Below the pieces are notes generated by a model. It searched no databases. It worked only from the letters and a program-made list of their open reading frames with translations, and was not told the origin of the DNA. This document shows, piece by piece, positions 7,101 to 14,731 of a stretch of DNA of 64,000 nt (positions are counted from its first letter, which is position 1; each line of letters opens with the position of its first letter). The DNA lies in NCBI GenBank assembly GCA_017987115.1, contig JAGNUG010000005.1:669-64668 (forward strand), in the 5' to 3' direction. The stretch comes from Flavobacteriales bacterium. Lineage in GTDB: Bacteria > Bacteroidota > Bacteroidia > Flavobacteriales_F > PHOS-HE28. A program made the translations under genes and the position numbers.

Positions 7101-7600
7101 GCCGCTAATCGAGTAGGCGGCCCCGCCGCTGAATAGCGACGGGGTGCGCCTCGCACACCACTGTACCCTTCGGCTTCGCTCTGGGTAAACCAAGCGGGTT
7201 TCGCAGACAGTGGTTCGTTGAGGTCTGGAGCTACGTTCTGGCAGTGATCTTACATGGCTTCGTACCCGCATTACGGATCTGGTACCGGGCAAGTTCTACT
7301 CGTTCCGCGTAACCGCCCTCGGCCGTATCGGGGAAGGTCCCGCGAGCGATGTGGTAAGTGGCCGCGCCGCGTAAGCGACCCCGCAACTTCTTCTTCACTA
7401 GCATCCGCCCCGGTCCCGCAAAGGCCGGGGCGGGGTGCGTTCAGGGGGTGCGTATGAACCGGTGAAGTATCTATCTTGGTGGGCCGGTTGTTATAAAGTG
7501 CTATTGGGCTTTACATGCCCCACTAGTGAAATACAAACAACCCCAAGCACGAATCAAGTCCGGAAATAAACCCTACTGTTGTTACAACTGACTACCTTTG
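7101..7600 (+). repeat. Class B composite attC-like repeat, copy B1 (~500 bp)
   Basis: Starts GCCGCTAAT-CGAGTAGG, with R'' complementary to the cassette start at 6391-6398. Hairpins at 7116-7150 and 7164-7187, FN3 fragment at 7222-7374, hairpin at 7405-7433, then the right arm. R' is degenerate (actaCCTTTGG). Confidence 0.85.
7222..7374 (+). pseudogene. Start-less FN3 C-terminal gene fragment inside B1
   Basis: 50 sense codons plus TAA, directly after a conserved in-frame TGA. The last 36 codons differ from the FN3 gene (5265-5375) only by two synonymous GGT>GGC changes. Confidence 0.7.
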
Positions 7601-7668
7601 GGACTAATATCACTGATAAAAAAATGAAAGAACAAAATCAATAACATCTTACCTAAACAGTAAACATT

Positions 7669-7839
7669 ATGAACAAAAGAAAAATATTATTGATAATTTT
7701 AATTATCCTAAATTCATTAGTGCTAATGGGACAAATTTATCCCGAAGGAGCTCCTCCATTTGCAAGAATTGTGAACATAGTTTTCCTAGTTTCAAGTTTG
7801 GCGTTTTTTATTGCAATGACAATACAAAAACGTACTTAG
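7669..7839 (+). CDS. Small membrane protein (56 aa, below the ORF-track cutoff)
   Basis: ATG at 7669, MNKRKILLIILIILNSLVLMGQ...VNIVFLVSSLAFFIAMTIQKRT, with two hydrophobic helices. It is the only plausible ORF in the cassette between B1 and B2. Confidence 0.35.
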   Translation: MNKRKILLIILIILNSLVLMGQIYPEGAPPFARIVNIVFLVSSLAFFIAMTIQKRT

Positions 7840-7854
7840 ACAACAAGCCAGAAA

Positions 7855-8358
7855 TGCCAATCGAGTAGGCGGCCCCGCCGCTGAATAGCGAAGGGGTGCG
7901 CCTTTCACACCACTGTACCCTTCGGCTTCGCTCTGGGTAAACCAAGCGGGTCTCGTATACAGCGGTTCGTTAAGGTGTGGAGCTATTTTCTGGTAGTGAT
8001 CGAGCATGGCTTCGTAGCTGCATAACGGATCTGGTACCGGGCAAGTTCTACTCGTTCCGCGTAACCGCCCTCGGTCGTATCGGGGAAGCTTACACTGCGA
8101 GCGATGTGGTAAGTGGCCGCGCCGCGTAAGCGACCCCACAACTTCTTCTTCACTAGCATCCGCCCCGGTCCCGCAAAGGCCGGGGCGGGGTGCGTTAAGG
8201 GGCTGCGTGCGAACCAGTGAAGTATCTATCTTGGTGGGCCGGTTGTAATAAAGTGCTATTGGGCTTTACATACCCCAATAGTGAAATAGTAACCACTCCA
8301 AGCACACACCAAGTCCGGAAATAAACCCTACTGTTGTTACAACCGACTAGTTAGCGGC
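7855..8358 (+). repeat. Class B composite repeat, copy B2
   Basis: Starts TGCCAAT-CGAGTAGG and ends actaG|TTAGCGG (8350-8356). Variant with a TAA stop and a 3-nt in-frame insertion in the FN3 fragment. Confidence 0.85.
7974..8129 (+). pseudogene. Start-less FN3 C-terminal fragment inside B2
   Basis: 51 codons plus TAA. GP>AYT in-frame insertion, T>S, R>C, and synonymous changes. Confidence 0.65.
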
Positions 8359-8359
8359 A

Positions 8360-9268
8360 ATGCAAATGAGGACAAGCGTAGCCATATTGATACAGTTCCT
8401 GACGGTAGGCCTCGCCACTTCGCAGAACGACAAGACCAGTGAGCGAGAAACGCAGATCTTGAAAGACAATCGAGTAGCCATTAAGAGGACGTGGTCAACG
8501 ATCTACCAAGACAACGACAACGAGATTCAGATAGATAGAAATCTCCAGTTGTATGAACAGTTCGATAGGAATGGAAACATCATTCTTCGACTTCGATTCA
8601 ATAACGTCGGCGACACTTTAGAAAAGAACACGTTTGTCCGTAATGACAAAGGACAAGTATTCCGTGAGTATCGAGACTGCCTTGACACTTGCCTAGTTTG
8701 GTATTGGGAAAGCTCGTATGATCAAGGTAAACTTGACAATGCGACTGCATTCTCGAGAGACAGTTCTGTTGTCGCTTCTTCAAAATATTTCTACAATGAA
8801 CAGGGCCTTGTTTCGAAATATTACTCGAGCAGACGAGAGGAGACTGTGGTTTCGACTAGCCTTGACGATGGCCGTAGCGGAGATCCAATCACAAATTATC
8901 ACACCATATACGAGACAGATTACGATACTACAATTGTTGAATATTCAGGAGACACAATACGACACTCGTCAAATCATGAGTCACAATCTTCGCTTTATAC
9001 TGAGAAGTACAACGAGGATGGCTTCATGTTGGAAGAGTCAGCGCTGTATAATTCGAAACTTTTGAATTATACGGAACGTTATGAGTATGATAGCTTTGGG
9101 AACAGGGTAATTAGGCTTATAACCAGTAGCAATATGAATGAGCCATACTTAATGGAAAAGTATATCTACGATGCGCGTCATCTTATGGTGAAAATGGAAT
9201 ACTATCACACCAAATTGGATATACCTCAGGTGATTTCAGAATTCGAATATGAACTTTTGGACGAATAG
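8360..9268 (+). CDS. Secreted protein with YD/MORN-like short repeats
   Basis: 302 aa with signal peptide 'AILIQFLTVGLATSQ'. Recurrent 'Y-x-Y-D/N-x-x-G' units ('YFYNEQGLV', 'YEYDSFGNRV', 'EKYNEDGFM'). Confidence 0.6.
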   Translation: MQMRTSVAILIQFLTVGLATSQNDKTSERETQILKDNRVAIKRTWSTIYQDNDNEIQIDRNLQLYEQFDRNGNIILRLRFNNVGDTLEKNTFVRNDKGQVFREYRDCLDTCLVWYWESSYDQGKLDNATAFSRDSSVVASSKYFYNEQGLVSKYYSSRREETVVSTSLDDGRSGDPITNYHTIYETDYDTTIVEYSGDTIRHSSNHESQSSLYTEKYNEDGFMLEESALYNSKLLNYTERYEYDSFGNRVIRLITSSNMNEPYLMEKYIYDARHLMVKMEYYHTKLDIPQVISEFEYELLDE

Positions 9269-9276
9269 AACGCACT

Positions 9277-9710
9277 GCCGCTAATCGAGTAGGCGGCCCC
9301 GCCACTGAATAGCGACGGGGTGCGCCTCTCACACCACTGTACCCTTCGGCTTCGCTCTGGGTAAACCAAGCGGGTCTCTTATACAGCGGTTCGTTGAGGT
9401 GTTGAGCTGCTTTTAGGTAGTGATCGAGCATGGCTTCGTACCCGCGTCACGGATCTGGTACCGGGCAAGTTCTACTCGTTCCGCGTAACCGCCCTCGGTC
9501 GTATCGGGGAAGGTCCCGCGAGCGATGTGGTAAGTGGCCGTGCCGCGTAAGCGACCACGCAACTTCTTCTTCACTAGCATCCGCCCCGGCCCCCCAAAGG
9601 CCGGGGCGGGGTGCGTTTAGGGGCTGCGTGTGAACCGCTGAAGTATCTATCTTGGTGAACCTATACGCAATGCCCTTGGGGACACTGCGCATAGCCGAAA
9701 CGTTAGCGTG
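9277..9710 (+). repeat. Hybrid site B3: class B left part joined to the right arm of a short attC
   Basis: B-type sequence up to ...gaagtatctatcttggtg (9656), then aacctatacgcaatgcccttggggacactgcgc...cGTTAGCG, which is homologous to 2910-2961. R'' GCCGCTAA (9277-9284) is complementary to the cassette start at 8351-8358. Confidence 0.8.
9398..9550 (+). pseudogene. Start-less FN3 C-terminal fragment inside B3
   Basis: 50 codons plus TAA. I>V plus two synonymous changes in the conserved part. Confidence 0.65.
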
Positions 9711-9719
9711 CATGGCAAA

Positions 9720-10250
9720 ATGACGACAAGTGATTACAATATGTCTGACACCGACAACCAATTAGTCCTGACAATCAAGAGAAAACCAAACTGGCTCATT
9801 CTCTCTATTACTGGTTTGTGGACACTTGGCTGGCTCGGTATTACTGGGACAATTATTTACGGACTTGCGACCGACCCTGACAAACTTGACGGTGAAATTG
9901 CTCTTTTTATGACTTTCTTTTTTCTCGCTGGACTATTTGTACTCAAAATTTTCCTTTGGCATTTAAGAGGACAAGAAAAAATTACAATTGACGACAAAGA
10001 ATTTCGCATAGACAAAGTTGGGACTATCCTGACAATTCCGAGAAAATATGAAGTTGACCAAATCGACTACATTTCAAATACAGAAAGACCAACAACACCG
10101 AAATGGATAAAATTTTGGGGGCTTGGAGGCGGACAAATTGAATTTGTATACCTAGGACAGACTAAGTATTTCGGACAGACATTAAAAGTTAAGGAGGCGA
10201 CTAAAATAATTGATGAAATGAAAGAAAAATTAAAAGCCACGACACGCTGA
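9720..10250 (+). CDS. Membrane protein (2 TM helices)
   Basis: 176 aa from the first ATG (the ORF opens at GTG 9708). Helices 'WLILSITGLWTLGWLGITGTIIYGL' and 'IALFMTFFFLAGLFVLKIFLW'. Confidence 0.55.
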   Translation: MTTSDYNMSDTDNQLVLTIKRKPNWLILSITGLWTLGWLGITGTIIYGLATDPDKLDGEIALFMTFFFLAGLFVLKIFLWHLRGQEKITIDDKEFRIDKVGTILTIPRKYEVDQIDYISNTERPTTPKWIKFWGLGGGQIEFVYLGQTKYFGQTLKVKEATKIIDEMKEKLKATTR

Positions 10251-10745
10251 TCGAGTAGGCGGCCCCGCCGCTGAATAGCGACGGGGTGCGCCTCTCACAC
10301 CACTGTACCCTTCGGCTTCGCTCTGGGTAAACCAAGCGGGTCCCGCATACAACGGTTCGTTGAGGTCTGGAGCTACTTTCTGGTAGTGAATGCACACGGC
10401 TTCGTACCCGCATTACGGATCTGGTACCGGGCAAGTTCTACTCGTTCCGCGTAACCGCCCTCGGCCGTATCGGGGAAGGTCCCGCGAGTGATGTGGTGAG
10501 TGGCCGCGCCGCGTAAGCGACCACGCAACTTCTTCTTCACCAGCATCCGACCCGGTCCCACAAAGGCCGGGGCGGGGTGTGTTCAGGGGCTGCGTATGAA
10601 CCGGTGAAGTTTCTATCTTGGTGAGCCGGTTGATATAAAACGCTATTGGGCTTTACATGCCCCATTAGTGAACTAGAAACCACCCCAAGCACCAACCAAG
10701 TCCGGAAATAAACTCTACTGTTGTTACAACCGACTAGTTAGTGGT
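10243..10745 (+). repeat. Class B composite repeat, copy B4
   Basis: Starts CACGCTGAT-CGAGTAGG, complementary to the cassette start 9703-9710 (TTAGCGTG) in 7 of 8 positions. R'' overlaps the stop codon. Ends actaG|TTAGTGG. Confidence 0.85.
10364..10516 (+). pseudogene. Start-less FN3 C-terminal fragment inside B4
   Basis: 50 codons plus TAA. All four differences in the conserved 36 codons are synonymous (GGC, GGC, AGT, GTG). Confidence 0.65.
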
Positions 10746-10763
10746 AAGCGGATAACGAGCTAA

Positions 10764-11204
10764 ATGAAAAGACTATTCGAAATACTTCTATTTACTGTTA
10801 CCCTAGTTTCTTGTTCGGACAATGGAAAGGAAAATGGAGAATCAGGTACTTCTAAATATTACATGGACGATCCTGTAGAAATGATTAAAATCAGTGAACA
10901 TAAAGACCTTATTGGGTCAGAAGTTAGAATGGTCGGTGATATGTCGTCAGATAACGTAGAGCAGCTTCAGGACTCGTGTTCTAAAATTTTCATTAGTAGA
11001 AAGACAAGCGACGAAGTATTGAGTATCATAAGCTACTTCGGCCGAAGTGGTTGCACTAACTATCAAGCAAATATTGACATTCGTGGAGATTCGTTAGTTC
11101 TTCTCTTAGAAAACACAACTAACCTTGTATGCGCAGAGCGAGAATACTATAGGGTCACCTACCATGTAAATACGTCTGGTAAGAATTATATAATAACAAA
11201 ATAA
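10764..11204 (+). CDS. Hypothetical lipoprotein
   Basis: 146 aa with lipobox 'FTVTLVSCSDNG'. Confidence 0.6.
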   Translation: MKRLFEILLFTVTLVSCSDNGKENGESGTSKYYMDDPVEMIKISEHKDLIGSEVRMVGDMSSDNVEQLQDSCSKIFISRKTSDEVLSIISYFGRSGCTNYQANIDIRGDSLVLLLENTTNLVCAEREYYRVTYHVNTSGKNYIITK

Positions 11205-11209
11205 AGCCT

Positions 11210-11336
11210 ACCACTAACATGCTCCTGCCGCAAGCCGCCCTCGTCCCATTGACAACTCCCGTTGAAGCGATGAACACTTCGTCCAGGAACAAGATCACGA
11301 AAGGCGGCTTGCGGCAAGCGCAGGCCCGTTGTAGCG
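11210..11336 (+). repeat. Class A attC-like site, copy 3
   Basis: ACCACTAAC-atgctcct-GCCGCAAGCCGCC...GGCGGCTTGCGGC-aagcgcaggccc-GTTGTAG, with a 13-bp perfect inner stem. R'' is exactly complementary to the cassette start at 10738-10745. Confidence 0.85.
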
Positions 11337-11368
11337 CATGCAAACACTTATAGATCCGCTCCGAAGGA

Positions 11369-11629
11369 ATGTTCTTGATTGAAGATAATTTTCACGCTGC
11401 CCCACAGGGCAAGTTCTCGAGCTTTGAAGAAGCGCTGAAAGAACTAAGTATCAGAGCAAAAATTCCATTTGGAGAAGGTGTCAACAAATGCCCATGCACG
11501 AACTGGAGAAACTGCCAGCGAGAATATCACATTATTGAGTATGATGACTCAAAGCTCCCGTGGAAAGAGCTTACCCGCCAAGCGATTCTGACCATTACAC
11601 AAGACGGAGTAGAATGGAAAATGAATTAA
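11369..11629 (+). CDS. Hypothetical protein
   Basis: 86-aa ATG ORF, sole ORF of its cassette. Confidence 0.5.
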   Translation: MFLIEDNFHAAPQGKFSSFEEALKELSIRAKIPFGEGVNKCPCTNWRNCQREYHIIEYDDSKLPWKELTRQAILTITQDGVEWKMN

Positions 11630-11634
11630 GCACG

Positions 11635-11722
11635 TGCTATAACAACGGCTACACGCAACGGCCTCCCCTCACACCAAGACCAGCGCACAATAGGCGCTGC
11701 GCGTAGCCCAACCGTTAGCGGC
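11635..11722 (+). repeat. Short attC-like site
   Basis: TGCTATAAC (11635-11643) ... GTTAGCG (11714-11720). Only partial complementarity to the cassette start at 11329-11338. Confidence 0.55.
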
Positions 11723-11735
11723 AATTGAATAAATT

Positions 11736-12062
11736 ATGAGACATACCATATTCACATTTCTAATTACACTGATCCCACTATCAGTAACTGCCCAGTCTGG
11801 AAAAAGCATTGATTGGAAAATGGTTCAAGTCTATGAATTCACGGCCCGTGAATCATACCCTGATTCATTGAAAACATGTGGTGGTGAATGGCTTGTAAAG
11901 GGAAGCGCCAATAGCCTCAGCGAACTAGGCACAATTGAATTGAGAAGAATAAAGAAGAAGGTTGCTAAGTATGGGTGTAAGATAGTTTATGTTGACACAA
12001 GGAAGGTTTACCCACTTAGAAATGGAAAACTATATATTCTTGGGTTAAAGGCAAAGGATTAA
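11736..12062 (+). CDS. Secreted hypothetical protein
   Basis: 108 aa with signal peptide 'IFTFLITLIPLSVTAQ'. Confidence 0.55.
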   Translation: MRHTIFTFLITLIPLSVTAQSGKSIDWKMVQVYEFTARESYPDSLKTCGGEWLVKGSANSLSELGTIELRRIKKKVAKYGCKIVYVDTRKVYPLRNGKLYILGLKAKD

Positions 12063-12083
12063 ACATTGAGACGGTTTACAACT

Positions 12084-12210
12084 ACCGCCAACATGCTCTT
12101 GCCGCAAGCCGCACTCGGCCCATTGCCAACTCCCGTTGAAGCGATGATAACTTCGTCCAGGAACAAGGTCAAGAAAGGCGGACTGCGGCACGCGCAGGAC
12201 CGTTCTAAGC
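12084..12210 (+). repeat. Class A attC-like site, copy 4
   Basis: ACCGCCAAC-atgctctt-GCCGCAAGCCGCAC...GGCGGACTGCGGCACGCGCAGGACC-GTTCTAA. Confidence 0.75.
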
Positions 12211-12217
12211 AAGCAAA

Positions 12218-12841
12218 ATGAACCAAGTCGTAATAAAATTCATTTCCGAAATAGTAAAACCTTGGGAGACGTTGAACCAAGAATTGAGCAGACCTTTTTC
12301 AATGAATCCAGAGGTAAATGATTATGTGACTAAGGCAATTGCTATTGCGGTTGCACTTAAGCATTTTCCCGAGTCAACAAAAAAAATAAAACCAGAGACT
12401 TTAGTTCCCGATTCTTTGGACTATTCAATTATTTCTGACTTAGCTGATTCCGCGAAACATGGTGAATTAAGAAAACCTGAAAGAGAATGCAAACTGACAG
12501 TATCATGTATGTTTGAAAAAAATCAGGATCCGAAAGTGCGATTTCTAAGAAGTAGAATATCAATAACGCATAACACTCACGGGAAAATAGACTTTATGCA
12601 ATGTGCAATGAATAGCGCACTTTTTGTAATGCAAAAAACTGATATAAGAACTGATTGGTCACCCAAATTAATAAACAACCAAGGCGAGTTCTCAGATGAA
12701 ATTAAAGTACATGCGAGTAAAAGCAACCAAATAGTTTGGACTGGAATGTCACTTGAAATTGTGCAACTGAACGACAAGAATGAATACGAGAATGTTGACT
12801 TAAACGGGACTGTGAGGTTTACTTTGACATCGGAATTCTAA
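12218..12841 (+). CDS. Hypothetical protein
   Basis: 207-aa ATG ORF. No recognisable motif and no signal peptide. Confidence 0.55.
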   Translation: MNQVVIKFISEIVKPWETLNQELSRPFSMNPEVNDYVTKAIAIAVALKHFPESTKKIKPETLVPDSLDYSIISDLADSAKHGELRKPERECKLTVSCMFEKNQDPKVRFLRSRISITHNTHGKIDFMQCAMNSALFVMQKTDIRTDWSPKLINNQGEFSDEIKVHASKSNQIVWTGMSLEIVQLNDKNEYENVDLNGTVRFTLTSEF

Positions 12842-12846
12842 TGCCT

Positions 12847-13350
12847 GCTTATAATCGAGTAGGCGGCCCCACCGCTAAAATTTCAACGGGGTGCGCCTCG
12901 CACACCACTGTACCCCGCGTCTTCGCTCGGGGCAGGCCAAGCGGGTCCCGCAGACAGCGGTTCGTTGATGTGTGGAGCTACGTTCTGGTAGTGATCGTGC
13001 CTGGCTTCACACCCGCATTACGGATCTGGTACCGGGCAAGTTCTACTCGTTCCGCGTAACCGCCCTCGGTCGTATCGGGGAAGGTCCCGCGAGCGATGTG
13101 GTAAGTGGCCGTGCCGCGTAAGCGACCACGCAACTTCTTCTTCACTAGCATCCGCCCCGGTCCCATAAAGGCCGGGGCGGGGTGCGTTAAGGGGGTGCGT
13201 GTGAACCAGTGAAGTATCTATCTTGGTGGGCCGGTTGTAATAAAACGCTATTGGGCTTTACATGCCCCACTAGTGAACTAGTAACCACTCCAAGCACGAA
13301 CCAAGTCGGGAGATGAATGCTACTGTTGTTACAACCGACTGGTTGGCGCT
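12847..13350 (+). repeat. Class B composite repeat, copy B5
   Basis: Starts GCTTATAAT-CGAGTAGG, complementary to the cassette start 12203-12210 (TTCTAAGC) in 7 of 8 positions. Hairpin-2 variant TACCCCG...CGGGGCA (12911-12934). Ends actgG|TTGGCGC. Confidence 0.85.
12969..13121 (+). pseudogene. Start-less FN3 C-terminal fragment inside B5
   Basis: 50 codons plus TAA. The conserved part differs only by synonymous GGC and CGT. Confidence 0.65.
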
Positions 13351-13363
13351 AATTTGAAATAAT

Positions 13364-14197
13364 ATGAAAGCATTTGTGATAATGCCCTTCTCTGAAGAAT
13401 TCGATGACGTATTTCGAATTGGAATAAAAGAGACTGCGGAAAAAGAAGATGTTAAAGCCTATCGACTTGATGAAGAACTATTTGACGAAGGAATGCTCGA
13501 CAAAATTTATTCTGAAATTGAATCAGCGGACTTTATCATAGCAGATCTATCAAACCGAAACTCAAATGTTTTTTATGAACTCGGCTATGCACATGCAATG
13601 GGTAAACTTTGCATACTAATTACTGAATCTGCAGAGAATATTCCTTTTGACCTTAAGCACAGACGGCACATAGTTTATGGAGGTAAACTCACATATTTAC
13701 AGGAACAACTCCAATCAAACATTAAATGGGCAAAAAATGAAATTGAAGCTCAAAAGCACAATCCGTTTCAAATCGAATTGAAATCTGACGGCAACCTAGA
13801 ATCAACTGATGAATATGCACAAGCAAACATTGATTTCCTGATTGATATTGAGAATAAATCCAATCGAGTCTCACCGGAGATTCAAGGAATCTACATTCAT
13901 TCAGCGAAGCAGTGGAAAATCAAGCAACATGGGAAAAACGTTCCTTCAAAAAAATCTGATTTGAAACCATATAGCTATAAGTACAGTCTTTCATTTGAGA
14001 CGGCAAAAATTCCCAGAAAAGGTTTTACCCAACTAGAATTGACAACTTCTCGAGTTTTAGCATATGCCTTTGATGGGGGTGAAATAAAGGATAGTTATAC
14101 AATACAAGGCAGTCTCTTTATCGAAGTAGTTACTGATAAAGGATCGTATTCAAATAAATTTCCAATTTCAGTATATATGGATACACTTCCATTCTAA
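13364..14197 (+). CDS. TIR-like / nucleoside 2-deoxyribosyltransferase-like Rossmannoid domain protein with an unknown C-terminal domain
   Basis: 277 aa. The N-terminal ~110 aa read 'FVIMPFSEEFDDVF...SADFIIADLSNRNSNVFYELGYAHAMGKLCILI...IPFDLKHRRHIVY', a pattern I recognise from bacterial TIR-like/NDT-like domains with a conserved Glu in YELG. The C-terminal ~150 aa are unassigned. Confidence 0.55.
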   Translation: MKAFVIMPFSEEFDDVFRIGIKETAEKEDVKAYRLDEELFDEGMLDKIYSEIESADFIIADLSNRNSNVFYELGYAHAMGKLCILITESAENIPFDLKHRRHIVYGGKLTYLQEQLQSNIKWAKNEIEAQKHNPFQIELKSDGNLESTDEYAQANIDFLIDIENKSNRVSPEIQGIYIHSAKQWKIKQHGKNVPSKKSDLKPYSYKYSLSFETAKIPRKGFTQLELTTSRVLAYAFDGGEIKDSYTIQGSLFIEVVTDKGSYSNKFPISVYMDTLPF

Positions 14198-14208
14198 AAT
14201 AAAAAACT

Positions 14209-14710
14209 AGCGCTAATCGAGTAGGCGGCCCCGCCGCTGAATAGCGACGGGGTGCGCCTCTCACACCACTGTACCCCGCGTCTCCGCTCGGGGCAGGCCA
14301 AGCGGGTGGCGCATACAACGGTTCGTTGAGGTCTGGAGCTACGTTCTGGTAGTGAATGCATTCGGCTTCACACCCGCATTACGGATCTGGTACCGGGCAA
14401 GTTCTACTCGTTCCGCGTAACCGCCCTCGGCCGTATCGGGGAAGGTCCCGCGAGCGATGTGGTAAGTGGCCGCGCCGCGTAAGCGAAGACGCAACTTCTT
14501 CTTCACTAGCATTCGCCCCGGTCCCACAAAGGCCGGGGCGGGGTGCGTTAAGGGGGTGCGTGCGAACCACTGAAGTTTCTATCTTGGTGGGCCGGTTGTT
14601 ATAAAACGCTATTGGGCTTTACATGCCCCACTAGTGAACTAGAAACCACTCCAAGCACACACCAAGTCCGGAAATAAACCCTACTGTTGTTACAACCGAC
14701 TATTTATGCA
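14209..14710 (+). repeat. Class B composite repeat, copy B6
   Basis: Starts AGCGCTAAT-CGAGTAGG, complementary to the cassette start 13343-13350 in 7 of 8 positions. Shares the hairpin-2 variant with B5. R' reads t|TTATGCA (14703-14710). Confidence 0.85.
14330..14482 (+). pseudogene. Start-less FN3 C-terminal fragment inside B6
   Basis: 50 codons plus TAA. Two synonymous GGC changes in the conserved part. Confidence 0.65.
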
Positions 14711-14731
14711 CCACCTAAAAGACAACCCACT

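Noticed and set aside
7219-7221. The conserved in-frame TGA before the FN3 fragment as a selenocysteine codon (the genome has selD)
   Set aside because: Two of the seven copies have TAA at that position. A further in-frame TAA lies 10 codons upstream. No SECIS-like hairpin follows.
7210-7225. GGTTCGTTGAGG as a tRNA T-arm, or B left part as a tRNA/tmRNA-like integration target
   Set aside because: No acceptor, D or anticodon arms can be drawn around it. The T-loop consensus GTTCRANYC is not met.
7101-7600. B repeat as a MITE or IS derivative inserted between genes
   Set aside because: The terminal inverted repeats are only ~5-8 nt. There are no target-site duplications. The outermost bases differ between copies in a way that tracks the start of the upstream cassette, which is integron logic rather than transposon logic. 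An origin by insertion into an older attC cannot be fully excluded.
7560-7600. B right arm supplying a Bacteroidota-type promoter (TAnnTTTG) for the downstream cassette
   Set aside because: The closest match, TACTGTTG, deviates at a key position, and there is no TTTG -33 element at suitable spacing. Left as untested.
10373-10561. Conserved 62-aa antisense ORFs inside B copies (also 12978-13166, 14339-14527, 18360-18614, and 7068-7292 / 10201-10434 in the left part)
   Set aside because: They are conserved only because the repeat is. Substitutions fall on their first codon positions (third positions of the FN3 frame). They use GTG-type starts inside the hairpin. These are typical GC-rich antisense artefacts.
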